In this document: in pieces, positions 1-11,815 of the stretch | How the letters are laid out: each line of letters begins with the position of its first letter | Position numbering within the stretch: position 1 is the stretch's first letter | NCBI RefSeq assembly: GCF_031769215.1 | Contig: NW_026782272.1 | Location: 1-64,000, forward strand | Reading direction: 5' to 3' | From: Ylistrum balloti | Lineage: Eukaryota | DNA length: 64,000 nt | Position numbers and translations under genes: made by a program | Notes under the pieces: model-generated | Told to the model about the DNA's origin: nothing | Seen by the model: the letters and a program-made list of their open reading frames with translations, nothing else | The model's database searches: none

Positions 1-355
1 ACTGAAACAGGTGGGCACTGGACATTAATATGCTAATGACCCCCAGGTCAAGTTTTACTAACCATGGAATACTCAAATAATTTACACCCTGAAAACACTC
101 CACATTGGACGATTAATATTCGGGTAATAAATTCATACATTTTATCACACACCAGACTTAATTAGGAAAACAATGGAACAATATCTCCAGTCATAACGTG
201 ACTAACTCCTGTATTCTAATTTGTCATAAAGTTACACACAAAGGAGACATCAAATCATCATAGCTTCAGGTTTCTCATGTTCTCAGCTCTAACTTTATTT
301 GAAGAAATAAAACAAAACAGAATTGTGAGTTGAGAAGTGATTGTGTACAATTAGA

Positions 356-1692
356 GACCTGTAAGTCAGGAAGTAAAGAGAATAAAGTAGGACAGGATGA
401 GGAACTATCAGTGACCTGTAAGTCAGAAAGAATAGAAAGTACAGTAGGACAGGATGAGGACACTAATAATGACCAGTAAGTCAGGAAGTATAGAGACTAC
501 AGTAGGACAGGATGAGGGCACTATTAGTGACCAGTAAGTCAGAAAGTATAGAGAGAACAGTAGGACAGGATGAGGACACTATTAGTGACCAGTAAGTCAG
601 GAAGTATAGAGAGAACAGTAGGACAGGATGAGGACACTATTAGTGACCAGTAAGTCAGAAAGTATAGAGAGAACAGTAGGACAGGATGAGGACACTATTA
701 GTGACCAGTAAGTCAATAAGTATAGAGAGAACAGTAGGACAGGATGAGGACACTATTAGTGACCAGTAAGTCAGAAAGTATAGAGAGAACAGTAGGACAG
801 GATGAGGACACTATTAGTGACCTGTAAGTCAGAAAGTATAGAGAGAACAGTAGGACAGGATGAGGACACTATTAGTGACCAGTAAGTCAGGAAGTATAGA
901 GACTACAGTAGGACAGGATGAGGGCACTATTAGTGACCAGTAAGTCAGAAAGTATAGAGAGAACAGTAGGACAGGATGAGGACACTATTAGTGACCTGTT
1001 AAGAAGTTTGACCCCAATTTACACACATCTAATATATTAAAATTTTTTGAAGTGAAACAAGCTAAGTCAGGAAGTATAGAGAGAACAGTAGGACAGGATG
1101 AGGACACTATTAGTGACCAGTAAGTCAGGAAGTATAGAGAGAACAGTAGGACAGGATGAGGACACTATTAGTGACCAGTAAGTCAGGAAGTATAGAGAGA
1201 ACAGTAGGACAGGATGAGGACACTATTAGTGACCAGTAAGTCAGAAAGTATAGAGAGAACAGTAGGACAGGATGAGGACACTATTAGTGACCTGTAAGTC
1301 AGAAAGTATAGAGAGAACAGTAGGACAGGATGAGGACACTATGAGTGACCAGTAAGTCAGGAAGTATAGAGACTACAGTAGGACAGGATGAGGACACTAT
1401 TAGTGACCAGTAAGTCAGGAAGTATAGAGACTACAGTAGGACAGGATGAGGACACTATGAGTGACCAGTAAGTCAGAAAGTATAGAGAGAACAGTAGGAC
1501 AGGATGAGGACACTATTAGTGACCTGTAAGTCAGAAAGTATAGAGAGAACAGTAGGACAGGATGAGGACACTATTACTGACCTGTAAGTCAGAAAGTATA
1601 GAGACTACAGTAGGACAGGATGAGGACACTATTAGTGACCAGTAAGTCAGAAAGTATAGAGACTACAGTAGGACAGAATGAGGACACTAATA
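356..1692. repeat. 58-bp minisatellite, ~22 units, interrupted by a 64-bp unique insert at 999-1062
   Basis: Unit TAAGTCAGAAAGTATAGAGAGAACAGTAGGACAGGATGAGGACACTATTAGTGACCAG; period read directly (541 to 599); degenerate units at the left edge. Confidence 0.95.
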
Positions 1693-2467
1693 GTAAGATT
1701 TTAACATGAACATCTTCTTGACCTCCAACTATGCCCCTCCCCCCTTCCACCCCTACCCTACTACCCTAAGGATAAGTAATATTCAAAGTTTGGTGTTAAG
1801 AATAGTACATTGATTTAAAAGAAAAAGGGTGATAAGACTAAAGCTGGGGTCTGGATGTTGGGAAACCAGGTAATTATGTTATAGTCTAGAATCTTTTTGC
1901 TCATTGCAAAATTTGTTTTAGAGTTGTCTCTCTTGTCGATACATGCCTCCTTAATTCAATGTGAAGGAGAAGACAGCATATTTGTACTACATTGTTCTAT
2001 GATTTGTTCCATGCAGTGCATCCCGCAGATGCGCACCATGTTGCATGTGGTATGATACGGAACCATAGTCACTCGCGGCACATCTGGTTACTGCAGCCAC
2101 ATTCTTGGGTTACCCGCACGATACCGCCCTGTCAACTGTGTTTACAAAAAACTGAAAATGAGAAAGATCATGTGGCAATCTTACACTTGCATTACATAAC
2201 AGTCTCCGTCACTCGTCCTCGGGCAATAGCATTACGAGCAGCAGATCAAGATGTTTGAAGTGATAAACAACATTAAACAATGGAGAGTTATTAAGTTAGG
2301 GCATATGTCGAAGATTACCGATATCTTAGTGTATCTATGTATGGCTTCTCGGAGGGATCGGCATCTGGAGCAGCGGGATATGTTTTGTAAACCATCGAAT
2401 TCTCTTTATCACAGATTATGTCCGTTATGTATCAGTATTCCAAGCTGACAGATAATGTTTAATTAGA

Positions 2468-3270
2468 TGGTTACTGTAAACAGGTATTATGTGTTGACAG
2501 CTACTGTATGTAAATATGGTCACTATACACAGGTATTCTGTGCAGGCAGCTACTGTATGTAAAAAATATGGTCACTATACACAGGTAGGCTGTGTAGGCA
2601 GCTACTGTATGTAAATATGGTCACTATAAACAGGTATGCTGTGTAGGCAGCTACTGTATGTAAATATGGTTGCTATAAACAGGTATTGTGTGTTGACAGC
2701 TACTGTATGTAAATATGGTCACTATACACAGGTATTATGTGTTGACAGCTACTGTATGTAAACATGGTCACTATACACCCTACTGTATGTAAGGATGGTC
2801 ACTATACATAGGTATTCTGTGTAGACAACTGTTGTATGTAAAGATGGTTGCTATACACAAGTATTCTGTTCAAACAGGTACTGAATGTAAAAATGGTCAC
2901 AATACATAGGTATTCTGTTCAGACAGGTACTGGATGTAAAAATGGTCACTATACACAGGTATTCTGTTCAGACAGGTACTGAATGTAAAAATGGTCACTA
3001 TACACAGGTATTCTGTTCAGACAGGTACTGAATGTAAAAATGGTCACTATACACAGGTATTCTGTTCAGACAGGAACTGAATGTAAAAATGGTCACTATA
3101 CACAGGTATTCTGTTCAGACAGGTACTGAATGTAAAAATGGTCACTATACACAGGTATTCTGTTCAGACAGGAACTGAATGTAAAAATGGTCACTATACA
3201 CAGGTATTCTGTTCAGACAGGTACTGAATGTAAAAATGGTCACTATACACAGGTATTCTGTTCAGACAGG
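2468..3270. repeat. 49-bp minisatellite, ~16 units, two subtypes
   Basis: Unit TACTGAATGTAAAAATGGTCACTATACACAGGTATTCTGTTCAGACAGG (ATGGTC at 2942 and 2991); left half diverged, right half nearly homogeneous. Confidence 0.95.
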
Positions 3271-6200
3271 CATTTATATATCTAAAATCACTTTACCCTG
3301 ATTAGACAGGTAATATATGATATTTTCGTACCTCTGACCTGATGGAGTGATCATTCCTTCTTGTCTAACTTTCAGATTAAAGGGGGTAATTGAGATCTGT
3401 TCAGCACAACAAAAGCATATTAGGGTAATAAACAACAGAATGGTATGGAATAGTTAGTTACCTGTATTTTACTTGCCTTGTCCATGGTGTGACCACATCA
3501 GATGACCTTGAACTGACCAATCAGCTGCAGTATTTCAGCCAGAATTGGGCAACATCTAGAGGTATAGATCACATTTAGTCATCACTCTTGACCACCACAA
3601 TACTGACCACTAGCAAAAGAATCCTCACTGACCAGGCTGATGATCTCTGTTTTGGCCATAACCATAAGTCCACATGTCATATATATGACCCCTGTGACCT
3701 TAGTCCATAATGAGTACTGATTGACCTTGGTTAGTGTTTTTCAGAATCACAAGTTATTGAGTACTTTCTGAAATGCATATCACACATCACTTAAACAAAC
3801 ATTCACTGACCAGCACAAAGGGTCATAGCCCAACTGGACACTGTAACGGTCATTAATTGTGTGACCTGTGAAAATCCATTTGTCACTTTCACCCCTTCAA
3901 TACAACTGCCGGCTGTCTTAATGTCCATTCACGATAATTTTTTCTTCTTTTTCATTTCATTCCTTTCAAAGTATCCAAGAGTCTTAACTTGACATTATAA
4001 GCTTAAATCTAAATCACAAAGGATGTCAAAATATACTTAATGATCAACATTATTATATAAAGATGACAAGTCACTGCTGTAGAAACTGAAAAAGTCACCT
4101 GATGCAAATATTTGTTGTAATGTTTTTTAAAAGTATTGCCATTATTTTAATTATAAAAGTGTGTGACAGTTGTACCCAATACAGCTGGCAATCTTTAGAA
4201 GTTTTTCCTCTATCCGAAGTATGTCTGGAATGTTGTGTACTGTTCCCCTCTAAATACTTCACTGATTCTTTGGTGGGTTTACCAAATATAAGCCTCAGAA
4301 AAGATGAGAAAAAAAAATTGCCAGTTTACATTTGCACAATTGATTAATTATTGTTAAGCCCAAGTCTCACAATGGCTGTTAACACATCAAACATCTTATA
4401 CCAGTTTTATCTGTTTTTTTCAAAAACCTCTGTATGTGGTCTGAATACACAAGCCAGCTTGCAAATTTACATATGTCTGTCATCTGCTTTCCCCGATCTG
4501 ATTCAAACAAGTTCTTGAATGTCATACCTATATGTTTTCACAACACACGAAGTCAAGAGCAAATATTTCTTTTTCTTAAAATATGTCTTTGAACTTTTTT
4601 TATCTTCAAAGATTAAAAAAAATCTGACCCCGATACCAGCGTCACAACCTAGAGAAAAATCTTGGAGCTGTCGTCTGCTACATCCCACAGGTATCCTGAC
4701 ATAACGACACTATAATCCATCACAAGCCTTTCAAATAACACTGTATCCTCTTATCTTAATCCATAATAATTTCTTCAAGAAAAACATACATCCTTACTGC
4801 AGGAAAAAAAATCAGTTTCCTGCAAGTCGTAGTAAACTACAGTTGTAGAAACCGCATGCACATTAATTACCTCAAGCATGTGCACTTGGACGCATTTTTC
4901 ATCAGCAGTGCATGTGCGTGTAGATGTTGGAGAGCACGCGATGAATTGTTATTACCTCTATCCTTACAGTGGAGAACCCCCCCACTCAGGTCTACGACTA
5001 CATGTATTAGTCCAGTGCTAGCTCCTGTTATGAATCACATCCCCCCTAAGACTTCATGGTAATACAATGGTAAAGAGGGGAGCACAACACTGTACCAGTA
5101 TAGAACCATACAATAGTAGCAGTTATCAGGATATGTGTCATAATACAACCGTGGAGTAGGCGAGGTATCATACCCAACGTCCCATACAGCACATGAAATG
5201 CACATGTAAATCAATACCTAACACATGTCGATTTCAGAGGACAAATTTGCTAATTTTTCACACTCTACTGACACGTGCGACAGAACCTGGTGGACATGCT
5301 TGACTGATTCTGGTGATTTTTCCTCTATTTGTTATTTTATGAACACACTACATAATGAAAGTTGATGAGTCTGGAAACAGCCACCACTAATCAATATAAC
5401 ACTGCTAGGTACTGTTATAATTCATTAAATTACACTGGTGGCATGTTATTTGAATCAACTCATTACTAAAACAAGAGAAGCTGTGATTTACTTCACACAC
5501 AAGAGTTATAATCATACTACATAGATATATAGAGATTTCAAAAGAAAATTCTAAATTATATTTAATATCATTTATTTTCATTTTTCTACCTGATTCTGAA
5601 ACAAACAACTTACAATGATATTAAAGACTTTGTTAAAAAAAGAAAAAGAAGAGAAAACAATGAAAATTCAAAATATTTACTTATGAAAAGGAATAAAAGT
5701 GATATTAAATGATAATAGTTCTTATCCCAAGCTGTCAAACTCTTTGATGAATCAGATCACCGAAACTATTTCTTGGGGTAAAGAATTTGTTTTGATGTTT
5801 ATCATTACAAAAAAAAACGGCAAGTCCTGGTCTCAAATGGAACACAAGAATGATTTAGATGTTCCTCATACATTCCACAATTGTAATATGATATATTACT
5901 TCATTCATGATTCACAAGGGACATTGGTTCTAGCCTTAAAAAATGTTTAAATATCGAAAGTCTGCCGCCGGATTCCATCAGGGCTCGCTCCTCCAATACC
6001 AAGATGCCTTGCCAGCCACCTCGTATTTAATTATGAATGCAACATCATTGAAAAAATATTTCTGTGATCATTTCAAGATATAAAAAAAGGTTTGAAAAAA
6101 ACTGGTTTGGTATGCAGTGTGTGTGAGACTTTCGGACAGAAAACATACAGACGCGATCGCCTGCCAAAGGAGACAGCTGGCTTAGTTGAACCTCCGTGGG

Positions 6201-6534
6201 AACGCTACAACAAAAAGCAACTATCTTGTCATGTAATGCATGTGCATCGTAAAATGTACGACGTGCTAGCTAACAATCAAGGGAGAACATCTATATTTGT
6301 TTTTTCTCCTATTTGATAGCCACTTCCCAGACAATACCGACATACCCATTAGACATGCATTGTGATGGATGGACTGATTTCAACAACAAATATTATATTT
6401 AAATGATACATCATTGTCGTTGGTGTTTGATTCATCCCACAGATGTCAGCATCAGAGTCCACTAAATCAAGTGGCTGTTTGTGTTTGAAGCCAACCTGAC
6501 TAAATGGTAAAATAATTTTAAACATGATTATAAA

Positions 6535-7035
6535 GGGCCCTTAATTACTGCTATACTGATATTGGTGACAAGGCCCCTTACACTTATGACTGTTGCCACC
6601 CTATTTACATGTGATGGGGTCCCTTATACTAATTACTGTTGCCACCCTATTAACATGTGATGGGCCCCTTATACTAATTACTGTTGCTACCCTATTTAAA
6701 CATGATGGGCCCCTCACACCAATGACTGTGCCACCCTATTTAAATGTAATGGGGCCCTTTACACTTATGACTGTTGCCACCCTATTTACATGTGATGGGG
6801 CCCCTTATACTAATTACTGTTGCCACCCTATTTACATGTGATGGGGCCCCTTATACTAATTACTGTTGCCACCCTATTTACATGTGATGGGGCCCCTTAT
6901 ACTAATTACTGTTGCCACCCTATTTAAACATGATGGGGACCCTTATACTAATTACTGTTGCTATCCTATTTAAACATGATGGGCCCCTCACACCAATGAC
7001 TGTTGCCACCCTATTTACACCTAATTGGGCCCCTT
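6535..7035. repeat. 46-bp minisatellite, ~10-11 units
   Basis: Unit GCCACCCTATTTACATGTGATGGGGCCCCTTATACTAATTACTGTT (6776 to 6822); explains ORFs 6593-6841 and 6912-7112. Confidence 0.92.
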
Positions 7036-10000
7036 ACATCATATATTTGCCACCCTGCCTTCATTGTCTCCCTTCTACCCTGCTTGTACACACTGAGGTT
7101 TGTGACTTTTAGTTATTGATTCTGAGAATGTTGGGATGTTGTATTTGATCAGCTGATCGTCTCTACTCTCTAATTATAAGGTACACATGCACACTTGATT
7201 GGAGGACTTGCACACTCTCTGTAATAGACAAATGACCGTTGACTAAAACAAAATTTTAGGCTTAATCTCATATTACCAGCTTATAGGCTACAATCTTTCA
7301 TAATGTTAAAAAGCAAAGCTATAAATTCCCTTTTATCTAAAATCGATTTTAGACATTTTCTATAACAATATTGAGACAAATAATGGATTTAATTTGAATG
7401 AAAGATGAAAATTATGAATAACATGAAAGATATTTCCCCTACGACAGCCTGGAGCTTGAAATTAGCTTTCAATTTTCTGCACATGAAGAGCCATGTAAGA
7501 AGTATCAACAGTAATTATTGGTTAGTGGTTTTAGTTCCTGGTTTTTCCATTCAGACTTAATCTTACTTTTTCATCTACCACCAGCTGGTTTTTTTTTTAT
7601 ACCAAATGTGAAGCCCAACTTCCTACAATGCATCTCGTCACAGTGCTCTTAGAGTGCAGTAAAGCATCATCTACAGCTGATCAGACAAACTCAATGGAAA
7701 GAGTCGAATATTAAACGGATCTGTTGGACAGAAATCTGTTGCTTGGCCAACTGTGAAAGTTCTCATATTTAATGCATGTTTTATTATTGTACATAACTAA
7801 GGGTTGTGTAGACATCCTTCTCCCCTGTAATGATATATAGACAGGTCCACTTCACAATAAAGTGGACAATATAAGAATATTAAAGGGGTGAACAGGATGA
7901 AATGGCCTTTATTTATGCAACATCAGATACTACATGACAGTGAGACACCTATATTCATCAGACAATTTTTTTGGACAAGAAAATCAAAATGAGATATGTT
8001 GAAAAATACTTTCAGCCAAAAATATTTAAATCAAACTATTTTTCGATAATGTTGTTTCAGTAAATTTCTGGCTTAAATAACTAACCTTGTCCTATCCAGG
8101 TTTTTATATAAACATCCTATGGTATCAAAATACAATGCTGATTGAAGGCAAGATTTTGATCTTCTTATCTTTGTTGATAAAGAAACATTTTTCTGCAGAT
8201 GCAAGCTACAATTGGCATCTTTGCTGCTTTGTAACTGAATAACCCCTCAGCATTGAGGACCCTAAGGAACTCCGAAAACCAGAACCATTACAGGATTAAA
8301 GTCGGATTTACAATTCCATTGATTTTTCTATCAAACTCAAATATAAAATAATGGGATTTTATTTGTAGCTTAAGAGAGAAATGTAATGGAAAAAATGTGC
8401 AAATAAAGGTAGTCGTTACAGTTTTTCCTGTAGCTACAAATGTTCTAAAATTTCTGATGTTGCTTTAGACGAGGAAAGTGACAAGATAGTTAAGATGAAT
8501 TATTGCCCTGTGTATCGGGATTAACATTCCTGAAAACTTGTCATTTCTACGTTAAATTTGCCGAAAAAATAAAAGAGTATGAGGTTTATCTTTCATCCTC
8601 AGCCCAAATACACCAGCACTTCCTCTTGTAAGGTTAAAGTGACAAAATTTCAGGCAACATAGGCAAACCATGAAAAATATCTAGTTCCCAATTCTGACAT
8701 CTTTACCAGCTAGCACTCATGCTAATTCATATGTGAACAAAAACACATATTTGTTATATATTTCACCCTTGTGTTATGATAATATCAAATTTGTTTGATC
8801 TTATTTTTCATTTGATCTATATGGTTATTTCGCATACATAAGTAAACAACTTTTCAGTTTTAGGTTCTTAGAACAACTAATTAAGCTGCAGATAAATACT
8901 GTAATTATTATGACATTCTTAACGGCCCGTCAACACATGAAAGGTCATTAGGACCAAAGATATCAGTAATGGTCCTGTTCATTTGTCTATAACAAAATAT
9001 GTATTTTCACATAAAAATATTTATTTTATTTATTTGCAACATTGACGATATAAGAAGATGGAGATGTTTCTTCTCTGTATTGTAGAGATGTGTGGTACTG
9101 TGTTTTCATTAGCACAAATTTACAACATATTATTCAAAGACAATGTAACCTTCTGTAACAAATAAGAAACATTCGTTGGAATCCACACAACTGTCAAAAA
9201 TCTCCTGCTGACCTTTAACCTTCTGTAGGCCAAAAATGTGGGGAAGCTGATATTCCAAACTGTCCTCCCTCTGGTTTAGAATGGACTAGCTCTACCCTCA
9301 TAACGGCATTATACCATTCCAGGAATAAAGGGGGGCAGCAATGTTATTGCAGCCATTTTGACAAATATTTCCCATTTTCCTACCCTATTCCTACAGAAAC
9401 TGATAAACCCATCAACAAATTGAGTGGGACATTGACTGCCAGACTGGTAACAAGGATAAGACAAACATTTCAGTGATCATGACTTTAGATAAGTCAAACA
9501 TTTTAGCAACAATGACTAATGATAAGACAAAGCATGACTGGCATTTGAGATTTTATAACCGTGGTAACAAAAAGTGCTAATGAAATAAGTGAAATGATAT
9601 TAACCAATAGTGTATGCAGATTCATTAACTTGTTTTATTTGATCAAGTCAACATGATATTGGACATATTCTGACCAGAATCTTAAAAAAAACAAAAATTC
9701 AAAATTTATTTTTGAAAATTAAAAGAAAAATTGAGTAAAATTTGGAATATAATTCAATTATAGACAAATTTTGAACCTACACAATGAAGACGACTATAAT
9801 TTCATTTCACTACCTAATTCATTCCTTACCCATTTGGCTTTGCTTTGGAATTCATCTTTGACCATATATGGTCAAGAAGGCTGATGATACATTGTGCCAG
9901 AACAACTACTCTGCTTGTTTCATTTTTTGATAATAGATAATACTTTATTGTGAAATTTCTAAGAAAAGAATTGCTTAAAACGATCAAGAAGTATTTTTTA

Positions 10001-10204
10001 TACACAAGCTATTTTACTACCCACTGATGATAAAATCATTATCATGGTGGGGACTGGTGGAACAGGAAATTACTCATCTTTACAACTTTACACACCGTGT
10101 TGATACCCCTGGGAGTGAGAAAGGAGAAAGATTGTACAAATAGTTTCTCACTGATCAATCAATGTTTACTATCACTCATACACATCACTACCTCGGCACT
10201 AGAT

Positions 10205-10620
10205 GACCGAAACCTATGACCCAACAAAGGGGAATAACTCATCATCTTATTGATTCTGTTGTTTTTCTCCTTACTTACACTGCACCTAACGACACTGACC
10301 CTAATTTGCTGTGCACCACACTAAAGGGAGGAAACTTATAACTTTATTGATTGTTACGCTGTTCCGTTTCCTCACAAACCTTTTCAATATCTGACTTTTG
10401 AAGGGAGATAACTCATATAGAATTATTGATTTTTTTCCCCCACCAGTTCATTTCCTGACAAGTCAACTGTACACTTAGTGACACTGACCTTTAACCCTTG
10501 CAAGGGAACCAAGTTATAATTATATTGATTTATGAATACATTTTTGGTTCAAAGCTTTCAATTAAGTTTGTACCATGGTTTCTTCTGACAAAATCAATAA
10601 GGCTTGAGCTTATCTGTGAA
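10205..10620 (+). mobile_element. Degraded core-repeat remnant of a pearl/HINE-like element
   Basis: Recurring AAGGG(A/G)GATAACTC-like motifs near 10226, 10323, 10401 and 10501; no recognisable termini. Confidence 0.35.
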
Positions 10621-10748
10621 AACACTACTCCGTTACTATAAATGCTATTAAGATGATGAAATCATTATATAATTATAACAGCATTAGTTTCTATAGTTAA
10701 ATATTTCAGGTTGGTGATCACACACAAAACTATTTTCTGTATTTTACT

Positions 10749-11447
10749 AACAAGAGTATTAGTGAAACTGAATCCCCCCCAAAAGGACTTTATTGGACAC
10801 AATATTTTAACAAAGGGCAATAATTCTGTAATTAATGGGTTTCAGGCACTGAATTTGGTTCACTGTACATTCTCTTAACATGACAAATGTATACACCAAG
10901 CTTCATTATCCTAGTTTACGTGAAAGCAAAGTTATGCTACTGGCATAAAATTTTAAGGGCAACAACTCTGTAATTAAGGAGTTGCAGGCCCTAACATTGG
11001 TATACCACACATTGTCTATGTATGATCAATGTATACAGCAAATTTTATTATCCTTGTTTAAATGCAAACAATTTTAAAGTTGTCCCTCTGATCACAAAAT
11101 TTTAACAAAGGGCAACAACTCTGTAATTAAGGGATTTTGGGCCCTGAATTTGGTACACTGCAAATTATCTTAGTATGACCAAAGTATACACCAAGTTTCA
11201 TTATCCTGGTTTTGAATACAGACAAACTTATGCTCTAGGCACAAAACATTGACAAAGTGCAATAACTCGGAAATTTGAGGGAGTTGATGGCCCTTCATTA
11301 GTACACTGGACATTGCTTCAGTGTCATCAATGTTTTATGATCCTTGCTTTATTGTGGGCAATGCTCCAGATTTTAAAGGATGAATGGAAAGATGAACGAA
11401 CGAAGCAGGACTATATGCCACAATGAAAATTTTGGGGAACATGATAA
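10749..11447 (+). mobile_element. pearl/CvA-like (Helentron-associated, HINE-type) non-autonomous element with ~4 core repeats of ~150 bp
   Basis: Begins AACAAGAG; AAGGGCAAYAAYTC-type cores at 10815, 10957, 11110 and 11257; eroded (GAAC)n microsatellite then CTATATGCC and a decayed 3' hairpin. The architecture matches described bivalve pearl/CvA elements. Confidence 0.7.
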
Positions 11448-11519
11448 ACTCCATCTCACTAATTAGCTCTTATCATATACAATGCATTTCCTATCAAAAC
11501 CCAACCACTAGTTCCTAAT

Positions 11520-11815
11520 TCTTTATTATATGTTCTATAAATAGTAAATTTATAGAAACTATAAACTATAAATATTAAACTTATAAAAAAAACTATAAAA
11601 TGTAAAAATTAGATTTATCAAAAGATACAAACATTCAATTTATAAAAAAAAATATTGATAATAAATTCATAAAAACTATAAAGTATAGATATAAAATCCA
11701 TATAAAAAATATTAATAGTAAATTTATCAAAAGATACAAATATTGAATTTATATAAAAAATATTGATATTAAATTCATAAAATCTATAAACATATTAAAT
11801 TCATGTAGAAAATAT
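11520..11815. repeat. Very AT-rich low-complexity segment with a ~107-bp imperfect duplication
   Basis: ATTTATCAAAAGATACAAA occurs near 11614 and 11721, with similar sequence following each copy. Confidence 0.7.

Noticed and set aside
1-88. Possible minus-strand exon GVNYLSIPWLVKLDLGVISILMSSAHLFQ
   Set aside because: It has a good acceptor (gtgttttcag) but is cut by the window edge and matches no protein I recognise, so it cannot be supported.
356-1692. CRISPR-like array (repeats around a unique 64-bp segment)
   Set aside because: Units are head-to-tail with only one unique interruption, there are no cas genes, and the context is eukaryotic.
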